Program-made: the position numbers and the translations under genes
Origin: a virus
Length of the DNA stretch: 64,000 nucleotides
IMG/VR virus record: IMGVR_UViG_3300027798_000016
Coordinates: 61,391 to 125,390 of that record
Reading direction: 5' to 3' (one strand)
Notes under the pieces: model-generated
What the model was told of the DNA's origin: nothing
The model's input: the letters and a program-made list of their open reading frames with translations, nothing else
Databases searched by the model: none
Shown here: piece by piece, positions 46,021-54,128 of the stretch
Layout of the letters: each line of letters opens with the position of its first letter
Position numbering within the stretch: position 1 is the first letter of the stretch

Positions 46021-48669
46021 TTAAGAAAACAAGTCATCGATGAAGCCTCGGTCCTTACTTTGGTTCAAGTCCCAATGTAATACACCTAGCAAGTTTTCAA
46101 TCTTACTGTCAATGATGGTTTCTTCCATTGCAGTATGATCAAATGGTAATAGCTTAAACCAATCTGGAAGATTCAATTCGTCAATTGGATAAGCAATAGA
46201 TGTTATGTTGTAGTTGTTGGATCTCAACTTACAAACGATGGCTTTTTGACCATCCGTTATTTCCATACTTCGGTTGTCACTGTGCGCCTGCTTGAATCTA
46301 TTCCAGTTGATGGCGGCCATGGCATGTCCAACTCCACACTTGCCAGTCTTTTCGTAAACAGCAGTATGTTTAGTTAGATTGTTCACCCGCTTGGGTGTGC
46401 CCTTTTCCCAACCTGGTCGGCTCTTAAACTCCTCGCGGAACTGTTTGACACGGGCCATGACCTCATACTCAGTTTTACCTTCCAGGGTCATAGTCAATGC
46501 TTCTTCCAAGAACCGTTGCATAAACTCTGGAGTGTCTGCTCGCTTCATGTCCAGACCCATGGCCTTGAGCTCGCCTAGTGATCCATTTGTATCTTTGCGC
46601 TTGCCTTCCTTGTCAAAGATAAGAACAGCATAACGCTTCTTAGTCATATAGATGCCTTTGCTGGCAACCAGTTCTCGACCTGCTTTGATAATCTCACCCT
46701 GTGCCTGCGGACAATTAAATGCAGTATTCATAAATGCCGGGAAGGTATCATTTACCTGTTCGCTTATTGCATCATACAGTTCAATGATCTTTTCTTTGGT
46801 CCATTCAAATTGACCATTCTCAATTTGTTCTTTGAAGATGGGATATGCACTGAAGTAAACAGAGTCAGTATCACCATAGATAATTGCTTTACCTGTGTGA
46901 TCATGTTCGCCAGTCAAACTGTCGTTGACACTGCCTGCCATGTGTCTGGCAACAAGCCTACCACATAAGGTAGTGCTTTGTCCTAGTCGTTGATCAAAGA
47001 ACCTACTACCTGCATTCAACAACGCACCATATGCAGAGTTCAAGTTAATTTTCTTAACCAACTGCCGCTTGTCCCAAAACTCAACCTCTTCTGGAGTTGT
47101 TGCTTCTTTGAGTTTCTTTTGTAATTCTTTACGCTCGGCATACCAACGCTCTAGTAGTCCGGGTATGATACCTTTGTTGGTATAGTTAAAGATTGTACCA
47201 TTGCCGCTGATAATTAAAGGTTGTCCACTAAGGAATACATGATCGTACACTTGTGCAGAACTCATTTGTGTACTGGTACCATCGGCCCAATCAACTGTTT
47301 CAGTTTGTCCAATGTCTCTTGCCATCACACTTTCATACTCATGGCAAGCAAATTTGCCATCCCAAAAGTCTGCAATGCCCTTACCAGAAGCAATGCTGTC
47401 ATCAATGCCGGCAAGTGTGCGGGTCTGTCTAACTTGGCCAACAATGGTTTCTGGGCTCATGTTAAGAGCACGAATCAGACTTGGATATAGACTGTTGATG
47501 TCCATGCTTCCAATCCACTCATGCATACCTGCTTTAGGCACAGCAACATACGCACCTGCCGCGGCATTGTCCTTGGCATCTTCACTGCGTCTTGGGCGAT
47601 CTGGAACCACCATACCTAGACCATGTGCCTCGTTGATAACTGCTTGGTCGGTAACTGCCACTGCACCCAATGTTGCACGAAGTCCAACAGTATTTGCATG
47701 ACTAATAAGATTTGTAAGTTCAATAAATTGTAACTTGGCATCCAATTTTTTAAGCAAGATGACGTCTTGTCTGTTGTACGCAATGAACTTTTCAAAATCA
47801 TTGTTGTATAACTGATCCAACGAACCTTCATATGGAATTTTCTTTTCACCAATCTCATACTCACCAATGGCATCCAGGCGATAGGTATGCATCTCGTGAT
47901 AGTTGTACTTGCGATACAGTTCGAGATAGTCCAGGTGAACACGACCAATTGGATCGTAAGTTTCTAATGTACGGCCATACTTTTCAAACTCACGCTTCTT
48001 AGGGAACTGGTCCCACAAACAAAACTTGCGTGTTTGTTCTTTGCTCAGCACACGACTGATACGATTTGTAGTGTAAGGAATATCAAATCCTTCACTGTTC
48101 CAACCTGACATTACATCTGCATCATCAATCAAGTCAAGAAACATTTCTAACATTTCTTTTTCATTGGAACACAAGATTGTATCATCAAATCGTTTAACAA
48201 TGTCCTCGGCCTGCGGCTGTGGCATTGTATCTGGTTTAAGAACCAATGTGACAGTCCTGTTCAACCATCCTAGGTGTACTGTAATTGCTGTAATGTTATT
48301 GAAAGGATCACTAGGATCAGCAAAGCCCTTGACCTTATCGTATGCAACCTCAATGTCAAAAAATGCAACATGAAGTTTGGGTGCTTCTTGCCCACCATAA
48401 ATTTCTTCGAGGCATCGATTCAATGGCCGGTAGTCGCTCTCGCATAACTTTTTGTTGCTATGGATGCGCCGTTCTTTATCAAAGGCTGTGGCGTTGCTCA
48501 ACAATACCCGGCTGACTCTGTTGCCAGCAATGTCGATGAACTTGCCTTTGTTGTCAGGATAGTACAATACATATTTTGCTGGATACTCTTTGAGCACCCT
48601 CTTGCCATCCACTCGTTCTACAACATGGATGATTTCTTTTTTCTTATCGTGATATGCGTCAATGAACAT
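46021..48669 (-). CDS. Family B DNA polymerase
   Basis: Exonuclease motifs FFDIEV, GWNSEGFD, YNRQD; polymerase motifs DINSLYPS, KINLNSAYG, YGDTDS, KKRY. Confidence 0.97.
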   Translation of the reverse strand: MFIDAYHDKKKEIIHVVERVDGKRVLKEYPAKYVLYYPDNKGKFIDIAGNRVSRVLLSNATAFDKERRIHSNKKLCESDYRPLNRCLEEIYGGQEAPKLHVAFFDIEVAYDKVKGFADPSDPFNNITAITVHLGWLNRTVTLVLKPDTMPQPQAEDIVKRFDDTILCSNEKEMLEMFLDLIDDADVMSGWNSEGFDIPYTTNRISRVLSKEQTRKFCLWDQFPKKREFEKYGRTLETYDPIGRVHLDYLELYRKYNYHEMHTYRLDAIGEYEIGEKKIPYEGSLDQLYNNDFEKFIAYNRQDVILLKKLDAKLQFIELTNLISHANTVGLRATLGAVAVTDQAVINEAHGLGMVVPDRPRRSEDAKDNAAAGAYVAVPKAGMHEWIGSMDINSLYPSLIRALNMSPETIVGQVRQTRTLAGIDDSIASGKGIADFWDGKFACHEYESVMARDIGQTETVDWADGTSTQMSSAQVYDHVFLSGQPLIISGNGTIFNYTNKGIIPGLLERWYAERKELQKKLKEATTPEEVEFWDKRQLVKKINLNSAYGALLNAGSRFFDQRLGQSTTLCGRLVARHMAGSVNDSLTGEHDHTGKAIIYGDTDSVYFSAYPIFKEQIENGQFEWTKEKIIELYDAISEQVNDTFPAFMNTAFNCPQAQGEIIKAGRELVASKGIYMTKKRYAVLIFDKEGKRKDTNGSLGELKAMGLDMKRADTPEFMQRFLEEALTMTLEGKTEYEVMARVKQFREEFKSRPGWEKGTPKRVNNLTKHTAVYEKTGKCGVGHAMAAINWNRFKQAHSDNRSMEITDGQKAIVCKLRSNNYNITSIAYPIDELNLPDWFKLLPFDHTAMEETIIDSKIENLLGVLHWDLNQSKDRGFIDDLFS

Positions 48670-48686
48670 GTAGTATGTATTTTACT

Positions 48687-49082
48687 TTAATAGAAGTGTT
48701 TGGCCAGTGCTTCAGTTAGCTTTTCTGGATCAACAGTGATCTCAAGCTCTTTGAGAGTACTGGTCATCACATGCTCTAAGTCTTCAAATCGGTAGATGGC
48801 GTTGTGCAATCCCAAGTAGCCGGCACCTTGCGCGGCGGCATAGGCTTCTGGTCCCCAACCAAAGGTGCCGTACAAGACACCTCGGTAACTTCGACGCTCA
48901 TCTAATTCACCTTGACATAGTTTTTCAATGATGGCACAAAATGCCATCAACTGTTCCTCAGGTTCTAGACCTGAATAGTAAGTTTGACACATGTCTTGGT
49001 ATTCTTTGGCCGCTTTGGCAAACGATTTGCCAGATTCATGTAGCGCATCCATTACCTCTTGTTTTTTAATTTCATCAGTCAT
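48687..49082 (-). CDS. Hypothetical protein
   Basis: 131 aa; SYRGVLY..FG. Confidence 0.65.
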   Translation of the reverse strand: MTDEIKKQEVMDALHESGKSFAKAAKEYQDMCQTYYSGLEPEEQLMAFCAIIEKLCQGELDERRSYRGVLYGTFGWGPEAYAAAQGAGYLGLHNAIYRFEDLEHVMTSTLKELEITVDPEKLTEALAKHFY

Positions 49083-49321
49083 TTGCGTAATCCTTTAATT
49101 TCTTTGTACTTGACGCGGATATAATTGACATACTCATTGTCTAACTTCATGGGCAAGTCTAAATGTATACTGACCATGGGACCATCCAGTTCACTACGCA
49201 TGTTGTCTCCATATGCAGTACCCACAAAAGGTATGCCCTTGTATACACCTTCGACCCGGTCACCAAATTGATACTTGGGTTTTGGCCTATGCTCAGCAAA
49301 ATATTCTGCCAGGCTACCCAT
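49079..49321 (-). CDS. Small hypothetical protein (SH3-like)
   Basis: YQFGDRV.G...IPFVGT. Confidence 0.65.
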   Translation of the reverse strand: MGSLAEYFAEHRPKPKYQFGDRVEGVYKGIPFVGTAYGDNMRSELDGPMVSIHLDLPMKLDNEYVNYIRVKYKEIKGLRK

Positions 49322-49740
49322 TAAGTTTCTCCGCCCAGCTTGAACATGAACCATTCCTCTTCAGGAATCAGACACACATTAAAACATTCCTTATTATAAA
49401 TTTTCTTCTTTGGAGATGCAAAGCTTCTCTTGTGTTCTAACGCAGGAACAACAGCCACACGCCTGGGTGTTAGATGGTGAACTCTACATACCATGATACG
49501 ATTGTTGTCTACTGCTAAAACATACTGCCCAACTTGCAACGCCCTGCCCACAATATCTTTGTGTAGTTCTGTTGGCTCAGTAATTACTTTTTCTACTTTT
49601 GGTTTCTTTGGCGGTCGCGGAGGAGGCGTACCAATTGGTAGACAAGTCACTGGATCATAATCAGTGGGCGTCCTGCTACGCAACCATGGTGGTATAGGCC
49701 GTTTAATTGGAGGCCTTCTTAAAACTTTTTTAGTTGCCAT
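49321..49740 (-). CDS. Hypothetical protein, Pro/Lys-rich N-terminus
   Basis: 139 aa. Confidence 0.6.
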   Translation of the reverse strand: MATKKVLRRPPIKRPIPPWLRSRTPTDYDPVTCLPIGTPPPRPPKKPKVEKVITEPTELHKDIVGRALQVGQYVLAVDNNRIMVCRVHHLTPRRVAVVPALEHKRSFASPKKKIYNKECFNVCLIPEEEWFMFKLGGET

Positions 49741-49965
49741 TTAATCTCCTAACTTTTGTAACATTTCGTCTTGTGCATGTTCACGCCATTCTTTGAGCCA
49801 AGTACTGCTGTCGCATTCTCTTACATGCGCCATTACTCGTTGGCGCCCTGCACCTTCCATGCCTTCTCCTAGGAAGAAATGCATTACTACATGTCCGTGG
49901 TGCATGATTTCAATAATCATTGAATCATGTTTGGCATTGCGCCAGCTAAATTCTTGGTAACTCAT
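49741..49965 (-). CDS. Hypothetical protein
   Basis: 74 aa; coupled to neighbours. Confidence 0.55.
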   Translation of the reverse strand: MSYQEFSWRNAKHDSMIIEIMHHGHVVMHFFLGEGMEGAGRQRVMAHVRECDSSTWLKEWREHAQDEMLQKLGD

Positions 49966-50378
49966 TTTGCAATTATAGCATAAATTTTACTGGCCAGCAA
50001 CTTTTCTTTTGCCATTGCCTCTCGCTCCCAAGGCTGGTCATAATACTTGGCCTTAACATGACTTCCCATCCAGAATCGTTTTGTACGGACTGCCTTATAC
50101 TGGCCTTTGGCAAATTGCTTTACATGAACCATTTCATGTGCCAGAGTCTCAAACAGTAGATCACCTTTTAAATTGGAATCTAGTAGCATTAGTAAGTGCT
50201 TTGGAGCAATTTCACATACGCTACCTTTCATGCTTTTATTAGAAGCCAATCCTTTCTTAAACTGGATCTCTACTGTATACTTGCTGTTGGAGATTTTAAG
50301 TTCTTGTTTATAAAGATGTGCAGTTGCGTTAACCAAGGCCTGTTTGCCCGCACTCTTAGAATGTACCACAATGTTCAT
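49962..50378 (-). CDS. Zincin-like metallopeptidase
   Basis: TLAHEMVHVKQ...Y..QPWEREA. Confidence 0.75.
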   Translation of the reverse strand: MNIVVHSKSAGKQALVNATAHLYKQELKISNSKYTVEIQFKKGLASNKSMKGSVCEIAPKHLLMLLDSNLKGDLLFETLAHEMVHVKQFAKGQYKAVRTKRFWMGSHVKAKYYDQPWEREAMAKEKLLASKIYAIIAK

Positions 50379-50379
50379 A

Positions 50380-50664
50380 TCAGCCCCATGTCAGTTTTAA
50401 AATTGCTAACAATTCACAATGTATATCAAATTTTGCAGATGACGGCTCATGAAAATTGTAGCGAGTAGGTTGTTCATAAGGATGTTCATACCATTGGTCC
50501 TGAGATTGTGTTCTGGTCCAAGCGGCAATATCCTTGTTCACATGTACAGTATACCACTTTTTGTCTAGTCTGTCAACCGGCGACAAAACAGTATAACCTG
50601 GACCAGAATTAGGAAACACAATATTCCATTGTTGTTGGATCGCAGTTTTAACTATCATGTACAC
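50380..50664 (-). CDS. Small hypothetical protein (paralog family)
   Basis: Ends ELLAILKLTWG. Confidence 0.55.
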   Translation of the reverse strand: MYMIVKTAIQQQWNIVFPNSGPGYTVLSPVDRLDKKWYTVHVNKDIAAWTRTQSQDQWYEHPYEQPTRYNFHEPSSAKFDIHCELLAILKLTWG

Positions 50665-50909
50665 CGCAATCTAAAAAGCATTGCTTCCTCCGGATCATTG
50701 AATGTTACTTCCAGGGCCGAACGGCCATTTTTATATGTTACTTCGTATGCGGCACTTGGACAATGCAGATTGAGCCAAATTTTAAGGCATTCAAATCCTG
50801 GAAATGGTGGGTAGGAATCCCTGGGCTGATTGTAAGGAAAGCACTCATATATTATTAACTCGCCCAATCTCCGTTGGCTTCGTATATCAACGGCCCAGCT
50901 GTCTTCCAT
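50655..50909 (-). CDS. Small hypothetical protein (paralog family)
   Basis: WLNLHCP...FNDPEEAMLFRL. Confidence 0.6.
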   Translation of the reverse strand: MEDSWAVDIRSQRRLGELIIYECFPYNQPRDSYPPFPGFECLKIWLNLHCPSAAYEVTYKNGRSALEVTFNDPEEAMLFRLRCT

Positions 50910-51271
50910 TAATCTGCTTGTCTTGTTAAAAAGTATTTTCTTATTGAACCAACACCAAAGTGTTTCTTTATGCTGGCTTCGACAATGGCTGGATCAAACT
51001 CTTTGCAACTAAAAACATCAAGGTAGATATGTTGTAGATTATCTACAAAGTGGGCAACAATACTACTGGTGACAATGACTTGAACCACAGTAAATCCAGC
51101 CTTGTCTGGAAATTTGCCAGCGGTGTATTCGATCCTAGGCTCACCAATTGGCTCCATGTCAATGTCTTTGACCAGCTGTCGAATCCATGTATCAACATTG
51201 TCAAAGTCTTTCATTTGATCCAGATTGCATCGACCGCAATCTAAAATTAGGTGGTAACCCCAGTAGTTCAT
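50909..51271 (-). CDS. S-adenosylmethionine decarboxylase proenzyme-like protein
   Basis: WGYHLILDC..C, GFT.VQ.I.TSSIVAHF, YLDVFSCK. Confidence 0.8.
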   Translation of the reverse strand: MNYWGYHLILDCGRCNLDQMKDFDNVDTWIRQLVKDIDMEPIGEPRIEYTAGKFPDKAGFTVVQVIVTSSIVAHFVDNLQHIYLDVFSCKEFDPAIVEASIKKHFGVGSIRKYFLTRQAD

Positions 51272-51294
51272 TTTTTCTCCAGTAAACAGTTAAC

Positions 51295-51323
51295 ATTGTA
51301 ACAGATTTATATCTGTTCAGCAA
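51295..51323 (-). promoter_or_regulatory. sigma70-type promoter
   Basis: TTGCTG-17 bp-TACAAT with extended -10; AACAGAT/ATCTGTT inverted repeat in the spacer. Confidence 0.55.
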
Positions 51324-51585
51324 CCGCGCCGCCCCAAGTTAACTTACACAAAAATAAATCTTCTTTATTTTTAAATCTCAATTGTGTCATTTCGTCCCAA
51401 GAGCTACCTCTTACATCACTTACATCACTGGTTTCCATAATCCATTTGTCGTCATCGCCATGATACATATTGTAGTAAGAATTGTCATTGCGGGTGGTCA
51501 TTACCAATCCGCTGATGTTTTCACATAACCAATTTAGCAATGCATCAAGGTCAACATCGCCAATGTACAGGCTGTTAAAATACAT
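51307..51585 (-). CDS. Small hypothetical protein (paralog family)
   Basis: WLCENI...FKNKEDLFLCKLTWG. Confidence 0.6.
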   Translation of the reverse strand: MYFNSLYIGDVDLDALLNWLCENISGLVMTTRNDNSYYNMYHGDDDKWIMETSDVSDVRGSSWDEMTQLRFKNKEDLFLCKLTWGGAVAEQI

Positions 51586-51865
51586 TGAAGTTTAACATAA
51601 AGTATGCCGCCTCATCTTTGCTGGTGATGTTTACAGTGACCATTGGATCACCTGAATTAAATCGAGGTGTACAATCAGCAGTAGGACAATGTGTCTCCAT
51701 CCACTCAGTGAACTCGCGGTGGTCGTTGCAGTACACCCAACAATGCCATCCGATGATTTCCTCTCGAAACTCGCGAGGATCCATTCCAGGCTTTAATAAC
51801 ACGCTGGGAATGTCATGCCAGCCATCATCAAACCGCCAGTGATGAACTGATATTTGTTGTTTCAT
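51575..51865 (-). CDS. Small hypothetical protein (paralog family)
   Basis: WMETHCP...RFNSGDPM...EAAYFML. Confidence 0.65.
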   Translation of the reverse strand: MKQQISVHHWRFDDGWHDIPSVLLKPGMDPREFREEIIGWHCWVYCNDHREFTEWMETHCPTADCTPRFNSGDPMVTVNITSKDEAAYFMLNFNVF

Positions 51866-52158
51866 TATGAACCGTGATACAATTTAAAAAGAGCCACATC
51901 TTCTTTTTCTTTGAACAAGATACGATTACGAAACTGATCGTCAACCCAGCACCAGTTGGAATTTTGACATACATCATATTGAATATGAGGGTGCAAGTGA
52001 TGCCACTCCCAATCTTTAAAGCCCTTACTTGCACCCCATGTGCTCCAGCACCATGCTCGAACATTATGAAAGTTAATTTCATTGCTTTGACTCAACTCGA
52101 CAAAGTACTTGAAATATGGATAGCCCGAGTATCGCTTGTCAATTTTTCGTACTTGCAT
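51865..52158 (-). CDS. Small hypothetical protein (paralog family)
   Basis: WCWSTWG...ILFKEKEDVALFKL. Confidence 0.65.
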   Translation of the reverse strand: MQVRKIDKRYSGYPYFKYFVELSQSNEINFHNVRAWCWSTWGASKGFKDWEWHHLHPHIQYDVCQNSNWCWVDDQFRNRILFKEKEDVALFKLYHGS

Positions 52159-52445
52159 CACATCCACATTCTAATTAGTGCTATAGTATCAATAGTGACC
52201 AACAAAACATAGTTGGCCAGCATGCCAGTGCTTCCTCTAGTTTTACTAGCCCATGCAAAGATGGCACATTGTAAAATGAACAAGGGATACAGAATTAAAA
52301 ACGGAGGAGTGGGTACTGTAAGCATCATTGTAAAAGCACAACCAATACTCAAAAACCAAGCAAAAATTTCCAGCACACATCGTAAGGGATTTTCCCGCCA
52401 GTCCTCCCTAATGTAGTCACCTACACTAGCAAGCAATTTCTTCAT
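52158..52445 (-). CDS. Small membrane protein
   Basis: 95 aa; three hydrophobic segments. Confidence 0.7.
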   Translation of the reverse strand: MKKLLASVGDYIREDWRENPLRCVLEIFAWFLSIGCAFTMMLTVPTPPFLILYPLFILQCAIFAWASKTRGSTGMLANYVLLVTIDTIALIRMWM

Positions 52446-52696
52446 TACTGTTTGTTTTTAGTTACAATTAGAATTTCTTCTACTGCTTCAAGGTCTGATT
52501 GGTCTTTATCAAAGTCTCCCTTGAAAGCTTTGGTAATTGCTTTGGTCAGGACAGCTGGTTTAATTTCCATTTCTTCTGCAATGGCCGCAACAGTTTCTTT
52601 TAATCCAACACTGAGGTCATCAATTTCTCGTTTGACTTGGACACCTTCTTGGATCACTTTGGTAAGTTTGGCAATTTGTTCTGGGGTAAAGCTCAT
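52445..52696 (-). CDS. dsDNA-binding protein-like (T4 DsbA/GapR-like)
   Basis: 83 aa; helical EIDDL..GLKE.V..IAEE..IKP.VL.KAI; SD aggag. Confidence 0.6.
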   Translation of the reverse strand: MSFTPEQIAKLTKVIQEGVQVKREIDDLSVGLKETVAAIAEEMEIKPAVLTKAITKAFKGDFDKDQSDLEAVEEILIVTKNKQ

Positions 52697-52729
52697 TTAT
52701 TTCTCCTGTGAGTTGTAATCTACAGTACG

Positions 52730-52758
52730 AGTATACAATATTTGTGCCTACAAGTCAA
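52730..52758 (-). promoter_or_regulatory. sigma70-type promoter
   Basis: TTGACT-17 bp-TATACT. Confidence 0.75.
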
Positions 52759-52760
52759 GT

Positions 52761-53528
52761 TTATTGTCGTTCAATATCATCTTCAACACAACTTGATCCA
52801 TACTGTATCTCTATAACTTTACATGGCATTGAATATGGATTGCTAAGTTGATGCCATTCATTGTCTAGTATGTCTATTCGGTCGTGTACTCTCAGCGTCC
52901 TAGAAGGCATTTGATAACCAGATGCCATACGGGCAGTCACGTCACACATGCCTTGTACCACATGCCAAAACTCTTTTCTAAACCTATGGCGTTGCATACT
53001 TAGACTTTGGTTTGGCATCACAGTCAGCTCTTTGACCTTGGTATGAAACATGGCATCATCTTCATATAATACACGATAGTAGCCCCAAGGCCGTTGTGTT
53101 TTTGGACTTTTCCATTCTTCTAGTATCCAACTACTGCTGTTCTTTTTATTATTGCCACCTATACCAAATACAAATTTAATATTGCTATCTTGTACATCCA
53201 TTTCTGGAATATTATCTTTGGTCCTATCGCCACCGTTGGCAAATATCAGTTCAGCATTGGGATAATGTGCTCTTGCTTGTTGGATAAAGTGTCTAGCAGA
53301 ATCATCACGGTCATTAAATGTATAAACTTCATCCACCATGCTCAAATTGTTGATAATACATAATCGTTCATTCCAGGGCATGAATGCTTGGCCCTTTTTG
53401 CGTTCAAGCCATTCATCACTGTTGAGACCAACAATCAACATATCGCCCAGGGTTCTTGCTTCTTTAAAATAAGCAATGTGTCCGCTGTGAATAGGATCAA
53501 ATCCACCTGTTACCAATACTATTTTCAT
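52761..53528 (-). CDS. Cytidylyltransferase fused to a type II mannose-6-phosphate isomerase-like cupin
   Basis: TGGFDPIHSGH, FANGGDR; RPWG.Y, LSMQRH..R.EFW, IEIQYG..C.EDDIER. Confidence 0.88.
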   Translation of the reverse strand: MKIVLVTGGFDPIHSGHIAYFKEARTLGDMLIVGLNSDEWLERKKGQAFMPWNERLCIINNLSMVDEVYTFNDRDDSARHFIQQARAHYPNAELIFANGGDRTKDNIPEMDVQDSNIKFVFGIGGNNKKNSSSWILEEWKSPKTQRPWGYYRVLYEDDAMFHTKVKELTVMPNQSLSMQRHRFRKEFWHVVQGMCDVTARMASGYQMPSRTLRVHDRIDILDNEWHQLSNPYSMPCKVIEIQYGSSCVEDDIERQ

Positions 53529-54127
53529 AAAGAATTAAATTTTCCTTTTATTGTTTCAAAGTCTGGATTGTTTTCAAATCCAACCTCAACATAGTATATA
53601 TGCTCTGTGTTTTCTGTATTGATATATCTGTAAGGACCGGGTGCGATTAGATAAGTAGAGTCAGGAACAACTTCACTGCCAATGGTTTTAAACGGTCCCT
53701 TAAAAAAGTTTTCATCTGTGATATTTTCTGTTGGATCTATCCACTGCACTTGTAAATTATTATGTGCGGTCACTGGTATATGTAATCTACACTTTCTGCT
53801 AGGTACTGATTCATCAAACTGCTTATCTTTAGTTGGATCATAATTTTCTCCTCGGGCTCGGGCGTGAATCGGAACAGTTACTATTGATGGTTTAATACAA
53901 CATAATGCAACATAGGCCACTGACAATTCAAGTTTGTCATATATGTCATTCATAAAATCTATAGTATCAATCAATCCTGGAGTTTGCCTAATGTGTCTTA
54001 ATACAGATTGATTTCTAGCCACTCCTAATTTTGATGATTTTAAATCATTGACTACGACTGGAAACCAATCCATAATCTGTTGTGCATCTTGTGCATAATT
54101 TGTTTTAAGTGCAAATATATTTTCCAT
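53525..54127 (-). CDS. Hypothetical cupin/oxygenase-like protein
   Basis: VPIH...CRLHIPV; metal ligands incomplete. Confidence 0.4.
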   Translation of the reverse strand: MENIFALKTNYAQDAQQIMDWFPVVVNDLKSSKLGVARNQSVLRHIRQTPGLIDTIDFMNDIYDKLELSVAYVALCCIKPSIVTVPIHARARGENYDPTKDKQFDESVPSRKCRLHIPVTAHNNLQVQWIDPTENITDENFFKGPFKTIGSEVVPDSTYLIAPGPYRYINTENTEHIYYVEVGFENNPDFETIKGKFNSL

Positions 54128-54128
54128 G

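Noticed and set aside
46021-48669. Intein, intron or split in the DNA polymerase
   Set aside because: Continuous 882-aa ORF with normally spaced motifs
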